The notes under the pieces are model-generated. The model had not been told where the DNA came from. It searched no databases and saw only the letters and a list, made by a program, of their open reading frames with translations. The position numbers were made by a program, and so were the translations under genes. Below are positions 21,222 through 30,494 of a stretch of DNA of 64,000 nucleotides, piece after piece. Every line of letters starts with the position of its first letter. The first letter of the stretch is position 1. Source of the DNA: Patescibacteria group bacterium (GTDB lineage: Bacteria > Patescibacteriota > Minisyncoccia > JAHIHE01 > JAGLIN01); the NCBI GenBank assembly GCA_029210775.1, contig JARGGI010000002.1:76478-140477 (forward strand), in the 5' to 3' direction.

Positions 21222-22835
21222 TTGTTGTTCTTAATTGTTATTAATAGCACTTATTTAGGTTTTTCTCATTACATAAAAAACACTCAGGAAGTCCCAAGGA
21301 TAGGTGGTGAATATATAGAAGGAATGGTGGGACAGCCAAGATTTATTAATCCTGTTCTATCTCAAACAAATGATATTGACTCGGATCTTTCGTCAATTAT
21401 ATACTCAAGCCTCCTAAGACTTGATTCAAAAGGAAATTTAGTTAATGATTTAGCCGAAAACTATGAAATATCAGAAAATAAATTGGAGTATATCTTTCGC
21501 ATCAAAGAAAATGTAAAATGGCATGATGGAGAAAAATTCACAGTAGATGATATTATATACACAATTCAAGTAATACAAAATCCAGAATATGGCAGTGTTC
21601 TCAGAGCAAATTGGACAGGAATAAGAACAGAAAAAATAGATGATTACACAATAAAGTTTATTTTAAAAAACGCATATTCTCCTTTTTTAAACAACCTTAC
21701 ATTTGGAATATTGCCTAAACATTTATGGGAACTTATAAAAATAAATAATTTCCTTAATGCTGAATATAATCTAAGACCAATAGGAATGGGTCCATATAAA
21801 TTCAGCCAATTTGCAAAAGAAAAAGATGGTAAAATTAGTTTTATTGAATTTATTATAAACGATGAATACTATTCTCAAAAACCACATTTAGAAAAATTAG
21901 TATTCAGATTTTTTCAAAAAGAAGAAGATGCGATATCAGCTTTCAATCGAAAAGAGATAAAAGGAATAAACTATCTTTCTCCAAAAAATAAAGAAAAAAT
22001 AGCTGATTATGAAAATTCAATCATATACCAACTTCAAATTCCGCGATACTTTGCAATCTTTTTTAATCAAACAAAGAACATAGCACTTTCGGATAAAAAG
22101 GTACGACTGGCCCTTGCTCATGCTATTGATAAAAATAAACTAATAGAAAAAATTCTAAAAGGTGAAGGCAGTCCATCAAACTCTCCAATTCCGTCACAAC
22201 TGTTAGGACATAACCCCGATATAAAAACTTATGACTACGCAATAGAACACGCTCAAAATACACTTGACGCAGCAGAATGGATTGATTCTGATAAAGATGG
22301 AATAAGAGAGAAAGAAAATGTTAAAATTGAATTCACCATTGTAACTTACGATCAGCCAGAGCTTTTGGAAATTGCAAAAATGATTCAAAAAATGTGGAAA
22401 GAAATCGGTGTTAGTGTTGAAATCAAAAATGTTCAAACAAATGATCTCCGAGATAATTATATAAAACCTCGCGAATATGAAGCTCTTCTTTTCGCAGAAA
22501 TTCTCAATTACGACCCAGACCCATTTGCTTTTTGGCATTCTTCTCAAAAAAAAGAAACTGGATTAAACCTTTCTTTATATGACAATTCGGAGGTAGATAC
22601 TCTTTTGGAAGAAACAAGATCCGAAACAGATAAAGAAATAAAAGCAGAAAAATACAGAAAATTCCAGGAACTTGTCATTGAGGACATTCCAGCAATTTTC
22701 TTATACAGCCCTAAATATTTATATTTACACAGCAAATCAATTCAAGGCACAGAACTTGAAAACATTATAATTCCTTCAGACAGATTCAATGGAATTGAAA
22801 ATTGGTATATGAAAACAAAGAGGGTTTGGAAATAA
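21222..22835 (+). CDS. Peptide ABC transporter substrate-binding protein (family 5)
   Basis: NDLAENYEIS, WHDGEKFTVDDI, PIGMGPYKF; frame stays open upstream to 21132. Confidence 0.88.
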   Translation: MLFLIVINSTYLGFSHYIKNTQEVPRIGGEYIEGMVGQPRFINPVLSQTNDIDSDLSSIIYSSLLRLDSKGNLVNDLAENYEISENKLEYIFRIKENVKWHDGEKFTVDDIIYTIQVIQNPEYGSVLRANWTGIRTEKIDDYTIKFILKNAYSPFLNNLTFGILPKHLWELIKINNFLNAEYNLRPIGMGPYKFSQFAKEKDGKISFIEFIINDEYYSQKPHLEKLVFRFFQKEEDAISAFNRKEIKGINYLSPKNKEKIADYENSIIYQLQIPRYFAIFFNQTKNIALSDKKVRLALAHAIDKNKLIEKILKGEGSPSNSPIPSQLLGHNPDIKTYDYAIEHAQNTLDAAEWIDSDKDGIREKENVKIEFTIVTYDQPELLEIAKMIQKMWKEIGVSVEIKNVQTNDLRDNYIKPREYEALLFAEILNYDPDPFAFWHSSQKKETGLNLSLYDNSEVDTLLEETRSETDKEIKAEKYRKFQELVIEDIPAIFLYSPKYLYLHSKSIQGTELENIIIPSDRFNGIENWYMKTKRVWK

Positions 22836-22864
22836 ATTAGCTTTTTAGGTTTTTTATTATATTC

Positions 22865-22995
22865 TGTCATTGTAAGGAGGCTGAACGAGCAAAGTGAAAG
22901 AAATGCCGACCAAATAATCCCAAAATTAATTTTAAGTAATTATTATTATCTCCAATTAGTTCAGCGTCTCCGACCTGCCTACCGAAAGACAAGCC
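22865..22995. repeat. Decayed palindromic element plus a decayed CCTGCCT..AGGCAGG hairpin
   Basis: tgtcattgtaaggagg...aataatcccaaaatt; cctgcctaccgaaagacaag at 22974. Confidence 0.55.
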
Positions 22996-23102
22996 TAAAC
23001 TAGATATTTCTTAAAATTATTTTTTAAAATTTTGATTGTTGTTTATAAAAAAATAGAAAAAAAGAACTCTAAAAAATAAGAGTTCATGTTTCAATTTTTG
23101 TT

Positions 23103-23484
23103 TTATCGTATAACCATTCTTTCTCCAATGGCATAATTATCGTATATAGCTGAATCATCTGGCTCAAACGAGAAGACAATTATTACTTCTGAACCCTTTT
23201 TCCCTTCTTTTCTTAGTGGCAATACCAGTGTTCCTTTTATAGATTCAGGATCTTCAATTCTTGGCGAAAATACTATGTATTTACCTTTATCCACAAGTTT
23301 TGCTGGCTTCGGTTTGCCAAGTAATCTCTGATCTCCTATTCCAGCACCAACTAACATATACATAAGTAGCGCATTCCAGCAACAATAGAAGAAAATACAC
23401 TTCCTTCAGTAAAAAATTTCACTGTTGCTATACCATAAGGACTGTTCCGAATATTAAACCTATTAATATACCTCTATCTTTCAA
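23103..23484 (-). pseudogene. Frameshifted small membrane ORFan
   Basis: GGAGG then TTG at 23484 gives MKDRGILIGLIFGTVLMGIATVKFFTEGSVFSSIVAG; adding one base near 23373 joins it to ALLMYMLVGAG... (track ORF 23103-23363). Confidence 0.55.
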
Positions 23485-23599
23485 CCTAATTTCCCTCCAA
23501 ATCTGTATTTTTTATTAATCACCTTATCTTATAAAGCAATTTAGTTTTATTGAAACTAATTCAAAACTATTACAATTAAAAAATATGTCAACACGTTGT

Positions 23600-23787
23600 T
23601 CGTCATCTCCATGAAGGCGGAGATTCAGATAAAATGTCATTAGGCATTATTTAAAAATAAAAACTTTAAAAATAAATTTAGTGATAATTTTCACGATAGA
23701 TTGTCATAATGATATTCTAAAATAGTGATACTTCACTTGGATTCCCGCCAGAGTTTATACTTGAATTAATTTCAGTGCGGGAATAAT
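23600..23787. repeat. Palindromic element of the GTCATTCCCGC..GCGGGAATCCAG / TGGATTCCCGC..GCGGGAATGAC type, decayed
   Basis: cgtcatctccatgaaggcggagattcag ... tggattcccgccagag...gtgcgggaataat. Confidence 0.55.
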
Positions 23788-23826
23788 AAATTATTTACCA
23801 ACTAAACAATTTAGCAGTATAATTTT

Positions 23827-25074
23827 ATGTCAAAACTCAATTTAAACCTCACTTATTCCGCCATAGATTTATCTTCTCCCGAATTTGTAGAAAAGATTGA
23901 GAAAATAAAAAACACTCCCACACCAAAATTCGCGCAATATACCGCTGATTTGAAAAAATTAAAAGTGTTGAGAGAAAAATATCAAGATAAAAAAAATATT
24001 ATTGTGGAAGGAAATGGCGGGGCGATTTCAAATTTTCGAGGAATTTATAGCGCACTTGGAGAAATATATGACAAAAATGTGTATTTACTGGATACTGAAG
24101 ATCCGGCTTATATTCAAGAATTAAAAAAGAAATGTTCTCCTGAAAATACTCTCGTTATTTTAACGAGTAAATCAGGAACAAGGATTCAAGTTTTGGCAAA
24201 TTATTTCGCTTTTCAGAATTATCCAATTTTAATTATCACCGAAGATAATGACGGTGCGTTGAATCAAATTCGAAAAGCAAAAAATCTTGATGTTTCTTTT
24301 TATCCTAAAACTGATATAACTGACAGATACACAGGTCTTACAGAATCAGCCCTTACCACATCTGAGATTGTTGAAATTGATACTGAAAAAATGATTGAAG
24401 GAGGAAAAGATATGTATGCTTTGTGCAATATAAATTCAGACTTAAAAAACAATATAGCACTTCAAATCGCCTTGACTCTTGACAAACTTGAAAAAATAGG
24501 ATATACTGAACTGTTCTTATCAATCTATTCAAAAAAACTATTCGGTTTTTATAATCTCATTGTCCAGCTCTATCACGAAAGTGTTTGTAAAAAAGAAGTT
24601 GGACAAACAATTTATGGCGGTGAAGCGCCAGAAAACCAGCATCATACTCTGCAACGACTTATTTCTGGAAGAAAAAACTCGCTGGGATTTTTTATTACTG
24701 TCAAAAATTTTTCCAAAAATTCATTGAATAGACGCGAGCCCTTGCTTACACCAGAAACGATAGAAATTCCTGACGATTTGAAAAATATTAAGTGTAGAAA
24801 TATAACTTTGGAAACTTTAAACAATCTTTCTTTGCAAGATATAATCAAAGCCGAGTTCCAAGGAACCTGGCAAGATGTTGTTGATAATAATATCCCAGCC
24901 ATTCATCTTGAACTCACCGAACTTTCGCCATATTCAATTGGACAATTTATGGCCTTCTTTCATTATTTCACTTTCTACTCCGCCCTACTGCGTGGAGTCA
25001 ACCCCTGCGACCAACCGGGGGTAGAGAAGAGTAAAGAAAATATTTTTGGGATTGTGGAAGAAATTAGGAGATAA
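23827..25074 (+). CDS. pgi: Glucose-6-phosphate isomerase family protein (divergent)
   Basis: GNGG, SKSGT, QLYHES, NQHHTLQ, NPCDQPGVE. Confidence 0.75.
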   Translation: MSKLNLNLTYSAIDLSSPEFVEKIEKIKNTPTPKFAQYTADLKKLKVLREKYQDKKNIIVEGNGGAISNFRGIYSALGEIYDKNVYLLDTEDPAYIQELKKKCSPENTLVILTSKSGTRIQVLANYFAFQNYPILIITEDNDGALNQIRKAKNLDVSFYPKTDITDRYTGLTESALTTSEIVEIDTEKMIEGGKDMYALCNINSDLKNNIALQIALTLDKLEKIGYTELFLSIYSKKLFGFYNLIVQLYHESVCKKEVGQTIYGGEAPENQHHTLQRLISGRKNSLGFFITVKNFSKNSLNRREPLLTPETIEIPDDLKNIKCRNITLETLNNLSLQDIIKAEFQGTWQDVVDNNIPAIHLELTELSPYSIGQFMAFFHYFTFYSALLRGVNPCDQPGVEKSKENIFGIVEEIRR

Positions 25075-25099
25075 TAAAATAAATATAGTTTATCTTTAT

Positions 25100-25429
25100 T
25101 TATTCGCCATGCATTGTTATCTTCTTGAAATTAGACAATAAATAACAAAACCTGTCAAACATAAAATTATCTTTGTTAGTTATTTCTTGTTCTATTATTT
25201 TAAACATATTTATTTCTGAAGTATTAAGTAAAATTTTTAGTTTTTTTAACAATAACTTCAGATAATTTTGTGTTACCAAAACTTCATTTTGACATTTAAT
25301 TTTGCCCTTTTCTTTAGAAACATTAATTTCTAATTTTTGTTCACAATTAATCAAAAAACATTCTTTCTTAATTGACAATGTTTCTTTTATACATATGATG
25401 ATGTTTATAATTTTTTCAATATCTACCAC
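25100..25429 (-). CDS. Hypothetical ORFan; frame open further upstream toward a GGGAGG site
   Basis: ORF; TTGACT promoter at 25560 and GGGAGG near 25490; no recognisable domain. Confidence 0.4.
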   Translation of the reverse strand: MVDIEKIINIIICIKETLSIKKECFLINCEQKLEINVSKEKGKIKCQNEVLVTQNYLKLLLKKLKILLNTSEINMFKIIEQEITNKDNFMFDRFCYLLSNFKKITMHGE

Positions 25430-25739
25430 CCTTTGAGTGTCTGATAATTGATATTCTAATAATTCATCTATTATTTCTAAAATTTCCCTCCCGATTTTAA
25501 TGCTTTTTTATTCTCTTTGAGAAACTACTAATATTCTTGCATGTTTATAGAATCAGTCAATAAACATTGCCTGTTATTCTGAACTTGATTCAGAATCTGT
25601 CCTATTAATAAGTTTTGATTCGATATATTTCACAAGATTTGGCGTATCAGATGAAAGATAATAAAATAAATTTAGGATGACAAATAATTTGTTATGAGTT
25701 ACAAATTATAAGTTGCAAGTTATTTTTATAAATTAATCA

Positions 25740-25823
25740 GGGGGTGTGGCGGAATTGGCAGACGCACTGGCTTCAGGTGTCAGTGATAGCAATATCGTGG
25801 GAGTTCGACTCTCCCCATCCCCA
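25740..25823 (+). tRNA. tRNA-Leu(CAG)
   Basis: Acceptor GGGGGTG/CATCCCC-A, D-loop GGAATTGGCAGAC, anticodon arm CTGGC-TTCAGGT-GTCAG, long variable arm, T-arm GGGAG-TTCGACT-CTCCC; CCA not encoded. Confidence 0.96.
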
Positions 25824-25984
25824 CAATTTAAATGCGGGACAGACTCAATATTCAAATCGCTATGAGAGCAATCCCTTGGAAGCTCAAGCTCTCTCTATCA
25901 CAAATTTAAAGTTTATAAATCAAAAGTTTTATGACTTTTATTTATAACTTTTAATTAATTCATTAAATTAAATAAAATAAAAAA

Positions 25985-27772
25985 ATGATACAAAAAAAAG
26001 AAACAACAACACAACAAGAAAGACATTCAATACACTATCAAAGACCAATGACACAGCAAAGAAAAACATCACCACACTCCTTTGGAGCGAACACTCAACA
26101 AACAAAGACAAAAAAACTTCGTATAATACCACTTGGCGGATTAGAAGAAGTTGGAAGAAATATGACTCTTTTTGAATATGACAGAGATATTATTATTGTC
26201 GATATGGGACTTCAATTTCCAGAAGAAGATATGCCTGGAATAGATTATATAATTCCCAATACAAATTATCTCAAAGGAAAAGAAAAAAACATCAGAGGAG
26301 TTTTTATAACTCACGGACATATGGATCACATCGGAGCAATTCCTCATCTTATGCCAAAACTTGGTAACCCTCCAATGTTCACAGCTGTGCTTACTGCTGG
26401 GATAATCGAGAAAAAACAAGAAGACTATCCGAATGTAAGTTCATTAAACATAACTGTTGTAAACTTTGAAAGCAAGATTAATCTTGGAAATTTCAAGGTT
26501 GAATTCTTTCATGTGAATCATAATATTCCAGATGTTTTGGGTCTTGCGATTTATACACCTGAAGGACTTGTGATTCACACAGGAGATTTCAAATTTGACC
26601 ATAGCCCGACAACAGATAAGCCTGCGGACATTGGAAGGATTGCGAGACTCGGTTCACAAAATGTTTTAGCCTTAATGTCAGATAGCACTGGAGCTGAAAA
26701 TCCTGGATACTCAGTAAGCGAACATGAGATTCAAAAAACTCTTGACCATATACTTTCAAAAGCTAAAGGGAGAGTTATTGTCGCAACATTTTCATCGCTC
26801 ATCAGCAGAATTCAACAAATCATCACCATTTCCGAAAAATATGATAGAAAAGTTGCTATTGATGGTTATAGTATGAAAACAAATATTGAAATTGCCAATA
26901 AGTTAGGATATCTAAAATTTAAGAGAGGAACAATTATAAGACCAGAACAAATGAAAAACTATCCCAATGACAAAGTTTCTCTTATGTGCACCGGAGCACA
27001 AGGAGAAGGAAAAGCAGTTCTGATGAGAATCGTCAATAAGGAACACAGACATATTCAAATTAAAAAAGATGACACTGTTATATTTTCATCCTCTGTTGTG
27101 CCTGGAAATGAAAGAACAGTTCAAAACCTAAAAGATCAACTATACAGACAAGGAGCAAGTGTCGTACACTATAAAATGATGGATGTACATGCTGGAGGAC
27201 ATGCTCAAATTGAAGATTTAAAAATGATGATAAACCTAATTAAACCTAAATTCTTTATACCAATTCATGGAAACTATTATATGCTTAGGCTCCATGCAAA
27301 TATTGCAGAAAATTTAGGAATTCCTACTTCAAACACCATAGTTGCTTGTAATGGCAATGCGATTGAAATGACAAAAAATAGTGCCATAATCACAAAAGAA
27401 AAAATACCTTCAAATTATGTTATGGTTGACGGACTTGGAGTTGGCGATGTAGGAAATGTTGTTATTAGAGATCGCCAACAAATGAGCGAGGATGGAATGT
27501 TTACAATTGTTATTATCGTTGACAGTAAAACAGGAAAGATTATCGGCTCTCCAGATATCATTTCTCGAGGATTCATTTATATGAAAGGTTCCACAGAATT
27601 AATAAATGAAACGAAAACAAAAGTCATTGAAATTGTGAATAAGAAAGCATCAGCAGAACATAATTCTAATTGGGCTTATATAAAAGACAATGTCCGAGAT
27701 CAAATTGGACAATTTCTATTTAATAAAACTCAAAGAAGACCAATGGTTCTGCCAGTTGTGATTGAGGTGTAA
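25985..27772 (+). CDS. rnj: Ribonuclease J
   Basis: PLGGLEEVGRNM, THGHMDH, HTGDFK, HAGGH, PIHG, RRPMVLP. Confidence 0.97.
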   Translation: MIQKKETTTQQERHSIHYQRPMTQQRKTSPHSFGANTQQTKTKKLRIIPLGGLEEVGRNMTLFEYDRDIIIVDMGLQFPEEDMPGIDYIIPNTNYLKGKEKNIRGVFITHGHMDHIGAIPHLMPKLGNPPMFTAVLTAGIIEKKQEDYPNVSSLNITVVNFESKINLGNFKVEFFHVNHNIPDVLGLAIYTPEGLVIHTGDFKFDHSPTTDKPADIGRIARLGSQNVLALMSDSTGAENPGYSVSEHEIQKTLDHILSKAKGRVIVATFSSLISRIQQIITISEKYDRKVAIDGYSMKTNIEIANKLGYLKFKRGTIIRPEQMKNYPNDKVSLMCTGAQGEGKAVLMRIVNKEHRHIQIKKDDTVIFSSSVVPGNERTVQNLKDQLYRQGASVVHYKMMDVHAGGHAQIEDLKMMINLIKPKFFIPIHGNYYMLRLHANIAENLGIPTSNTIVACNGNAIEMTKNSAIITKEKIPSNYVMVDGLGVGDVGNVVIRDRQQMSEDGMFTIVIIVDSKTGKIIGSPDIISRGFIYMKGSTELINETKTKVIEIVNKKASAEHNSNWAYIKDNVRDQIGQFLFNKTQRRPMVLPVVIEV

Positions 27773-27864
27773 AACACAAAAACATATATGGATTTAAATA
27801 TGTTGAGATTGTAAAATCTTGTTTTAATATTTATATATTTAGGATGTCATAAAATTTGTTTGTT

Positions 27865-27892
27865 GGCTCCACTTTCCATAGTGGAGCCTTTT
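27865..27892 (+). terminator. Intrinsic terminator
   Basis: ggctccact-ttccat-agtggagcc-tttt. Confidence 0.75.
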
Positions 27893-27967
27893 GTGATTTC
27901 AAAAATTTGACAGAATTTTTATTCTAAGCTATTTTATAATTATGAGTAGAAAAAATATAACATCAAT

Positions 27968-28009
27968 TGTCATTCTGAACCTGCCTACCGGACAGGCAGG
28001 CTTGTCGAA
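27968..28009. repeat. GTCATTCTGAGCTTGTCGAA-type arm carrying a nested 21-bp hairpin
   Basis: tgtcattctgaa[cctgcctaccggacaggcagg]cttgtcgaa. Confidence 0.75.
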
Positions 28010-28109
28010 AAATTGGTGGAGCCAAAATAGCATTTAGGCTGTTTTAGCGTTTTCTTATATTTTAGAATAATTGAGCAAATTCAAAACAGTCTAAAGGCTG
28101 TTTTTTAGT

Positions 28110-28490
28110 ATGGAGGAAAGAAGAATGAAACAATCTATAGTAATGTCCCTTGAAAATAATCAATGTTTTTGCCCTTATTGCGATTTAGGAATTGTAATTA
28201 ATAAACAAAAATTCTATACATGTCCAAAATGCAAAAATAAACTTGAAAAAATATTAATCAAGAAGGGAACTGAAAAATATTTTCTACTAAAATTTAGCTC
28301 CAGACAAGATATTTTTTGTCTAGATCATAGATGTGGTTCAAGACTTGAAACACACAAAAATGGAGTGATATCTGAAGGAATATATTTTATTTGTATAAAA
28401 TGCAAAAAAAAATATAAAAAAACAAAATATATAGATATGTCTGGCAAAAGTGATAATTATTTTAAACTGAATAAAATTAAGGGGATTTAA
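28110..28490 (+). CDS. Small Zn-ribbon-rich ORFan (likely start ATG 28125 after GGAGG)
   Basis: CPYC, CPKC, C..HRC, CIKC pairs; hairpin aaggggattt/aaatcccctt overlapping the stop. Confidence 0.6.
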   Translation: MEERRMKQSIVMSLENNQCFCPYCDLGIVINKQKFYTCPKCKNKLEKILIKKGTEKYFLLKFSSRQDIFCLDHRCGSRLETHKNGVISEGIYFICIKCKKKYKKTKYIDMSGKSDNYFKLNKIKGI

Positions 28491-28567
28491 ACAAAATCCC
28501 CTTCCCTATTTAAAATTGATAAAGTTTTAATATAAAGCTATAATAAATTATAAATAATAACACAACT

Positions 28568-29554
28568 ATGAATACAAAACAAAGAATTTTCAGCGCAATT
28601 CAGCCTTCGGGAGAATTGCATATCGGCAACTATCTTGGAGCTCTAAAAAATTTTGTTGAACTTCAAGATAAATATGACTGTTTTTTCTTTATCGCTGATT
28701 ATCACTCAATTTCAGGAGAATATGACCCTCAAAAAAAGAAGAAGCAGATTATGGACTTGACTCTTAATTTTTTGGCAATTGGTCTTGATCCTGAAAAATG
28801 CACAATTACTGTGCAATCTCAAGTTCCAGAGCATACGGAACTGACATGGATTTTCAACACAATCACGCCAATTTCGGAATTACAAAGAATGACACAGTTT
28901 AAAGACAAATCTCAGGATCAGGAAAAAAATATCAATATGGGCTTGTTTGATTATCCCGTTCTGCAAGCGGCGGACATTTTAATGTATAAAGCTTATGGCG
29001 TTCCAGTTGGACAGGATCAAATTCAACACATTGAACTTACCAGAAAAATTGCTCGCTTTTTCAATAATAAGTTTGGCAAAACTTTTCCTGAACCGAAAGA
29101 TATTATTACTGAAACTCCAAAAATTATGAGCCTAATTGATCCAACCAAGAAAATGAGCAAATCCCACGGACCGAAGTCCTATGTCGGGATTAATGACGAG
29201 CCGGAAATTATAAAGCAGAAAATGAAAAAAGCTGTGACGGATATTGGCACGACTGGAAAAATGACGCCAGCTACGGAGAATTTATTTTTGTTATTAAAAA
29301 TTCTGGGCAAGCCGGAACATTATAAAGAGTTTCTAGTTCAGCATAAAAAAGGGATTATAAAATACGGGCAACTTAAAGAAGCCTTAGCCGATGACATAAT
29401 TAATTATTTTACCCCATTCCGAGCCAAGCGAAAAGAATTGGAATCCAAACCGGAATATGTCAAAGAAGTTTTAGCTATCGGCGCCGACCATGCGCGTAAA
29501 ATAGCCAGAGAAACTATGCGAGAAGTGAAAGAAAAAATTGGGTTGGTTTTGTAA
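28568..29554 (+). CDS. trpS: Tryptophanyl-tRNA synthetase
   Basis: IQPSGELHIGNY, YPVLQAADIL, VPVGQDQ, KMSKS. Confidence 0.97.
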   Translation: MNTKQRIFSAIQPSGELHIGNYLGALKNFVELQDKYDCFFFIADYHSISGEYDPQKKKKQIMDLTLNFLAIGLDPEKCTITVQSQVPEHTELTWIFNTITPISELQRMTQFKDKSQDQEKNINMGLFDYPVLQAADILMYKAYGVPVGQDQIQHIELTRKIARFFNNKFGKTFPEPKDIITETPKIMSLIDPTKKMSKSHGPKSYVGINDEPEIIKQKMKKAVTDIGTTGKMTPATENLFLLLKILGKPEHYKEFLVQHKKGIIKYGQLKEALADDIINYFTPFRAKRKELESKPEYVKEVLAIGADHARKIARETMREVKEKIGLVL

Positions 29555-29727
29555 TAGAAAAACTACTATCTTCAGTCTTCTATCTATAGCCTATTGTAAT
29601 TTCAAAAGAAAATTATTTTAAACAAACAGTTGGAATAAATATCTTGGTTCATGTCAAAAACATTGAGCTATCCAGTAGAAAGTTGTAGTAACTAAGTAAT
29701 GATAATAAAAATAGGGCTTTGTGAATG

Positions 29728-29943
29728 TTAATCATCCATCAGCCCTAATAGTTGATTCCAGTGTTTGAAAGGTATCTCTGGAAATATTTTTTCTATCTTG
29801 CATCCAGGATTACTGGAATAACACGATTTTCCTGTACAAGAATATCCACATAGAGTTAGTATAATATCAGGAACCCTACTTTTAACAAGAAGTCCAGATC
29901 CAAAAACATGTATAGTTCCATCTTCCGTTAGAAATAACGCCAT
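29728..29943 (-). CDS. Small Cys-containing ORFan
   Basis: AGGAGG-7nt-ATG; CGYSCTGKSC...C. Confidence 0.55.
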   Translation of the reverse strand: MALFLTEDGTIHVFGSGLLVKSRVPDIILTLCGYSCTGKSCYSSNPGCKIEKIFPEIPFKHWNQLLGLMDD

Positions 29944-29977
29944 TTATTCTCCTCCTCTGTTTTTGTTTTTACTATTT

Positions 29978-30121
29978 TTATTTATCAGCCCCATTTAAAA
30001 ATTCAGAGCAACCTTCCTCGCATTGCATTGAACAAATCGCACATATGCTTTCAACAGTAGGATGACAATCTACTATCACAACACCTTCCGATTCCGACCC
30101 TTTTATAAAATTTCCGCTCAT
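29978..30121 (-). CDS. 47-aa Cys-rich peptide (start moved to ATG 30121)
   Basis: AAGGTGG upstream of MSGNFIKG...CAICSMQCEEGC; the longer track ORF reads through a terminator. Confidence 0.5.
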   Translation of the reverse strand: MSGNFIKGSESEGVVIVDCHPTVESICAICSMQCEEGCSEFLNGADK

Positions 30122-30183
30122 ATTTTTTCCACCTTTTCTAATAATTTTTATTTTCGTTTTAAGGCAAAATTTTTTATTGCCCA

Positions 30184-30211
30184 TAAAAAAATAACCTCTT
30201 ATCGAGGTTAT
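30184..30211 (-). terminator. Intrinsic terminator upstream of the small-peptide pair
   Basis: ataacctc-gataa-gaggttat followed by a T-tract on the minus strand. Confidence 0.65.
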
Positions 30212-30360
30212 CTTTTTATAAACAATAAATGTAAAATAGAAAAGCAAGGGGTGAGAAATCCAGTATTATTTTTTCTAAACATTACTGACATTGCCTACTT
30301 TTAAAATTTATTACTCCTGTTTGTTATTATCCTACAAATTAAGATTACCGTCAAGACCAG

Positions 30361-30369
30361 TTATCCACA
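30361..30369 (+). promoter_or_regulatory. Single perfect DnaA box
   Basis: TTATCCACA next to a minus-strand TTGACG promoter. Confidence 0.4.
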
Positions 30370-30381
30370 GATAGTGCGTTC

Positions 30382-30478
30382 TGTTATTGCGAATCCGCAG
30401 GCGAAGCAATCCCATGACTATGCGCAAAGAATTCAGTTACGGGATTGCTTCAGTCGTTGCGACTCCTTCGCAATGACA
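30382..30478. repeat. Best-preserved copy of the palindromic RPE/REP-like element
   Basis: tgttattgcgaa..gcgaagcaatccc ... gggattgcttc..ttcgcaatgaca. Confidence 0.85.
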
Positions 30479-30494
30479 ATTCATAATTCTCTGT

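Noticed and set aside
24715-24760. Possible second in-frame repeat relic in pgi (NSLNRREPLLTP)
   Set aside because: Palindrome too degenerate and no matching family copy in the window.
25744-25947. 67-aa ORF
   Set aside because: Overlaps tRNA-Leu.
30361-30369. Replication origin
   Set aside because: Only isolated DnaA-like boxes (30361, imperfect at about 20359 and 58672); no cluster and no dnaA or dnaN.
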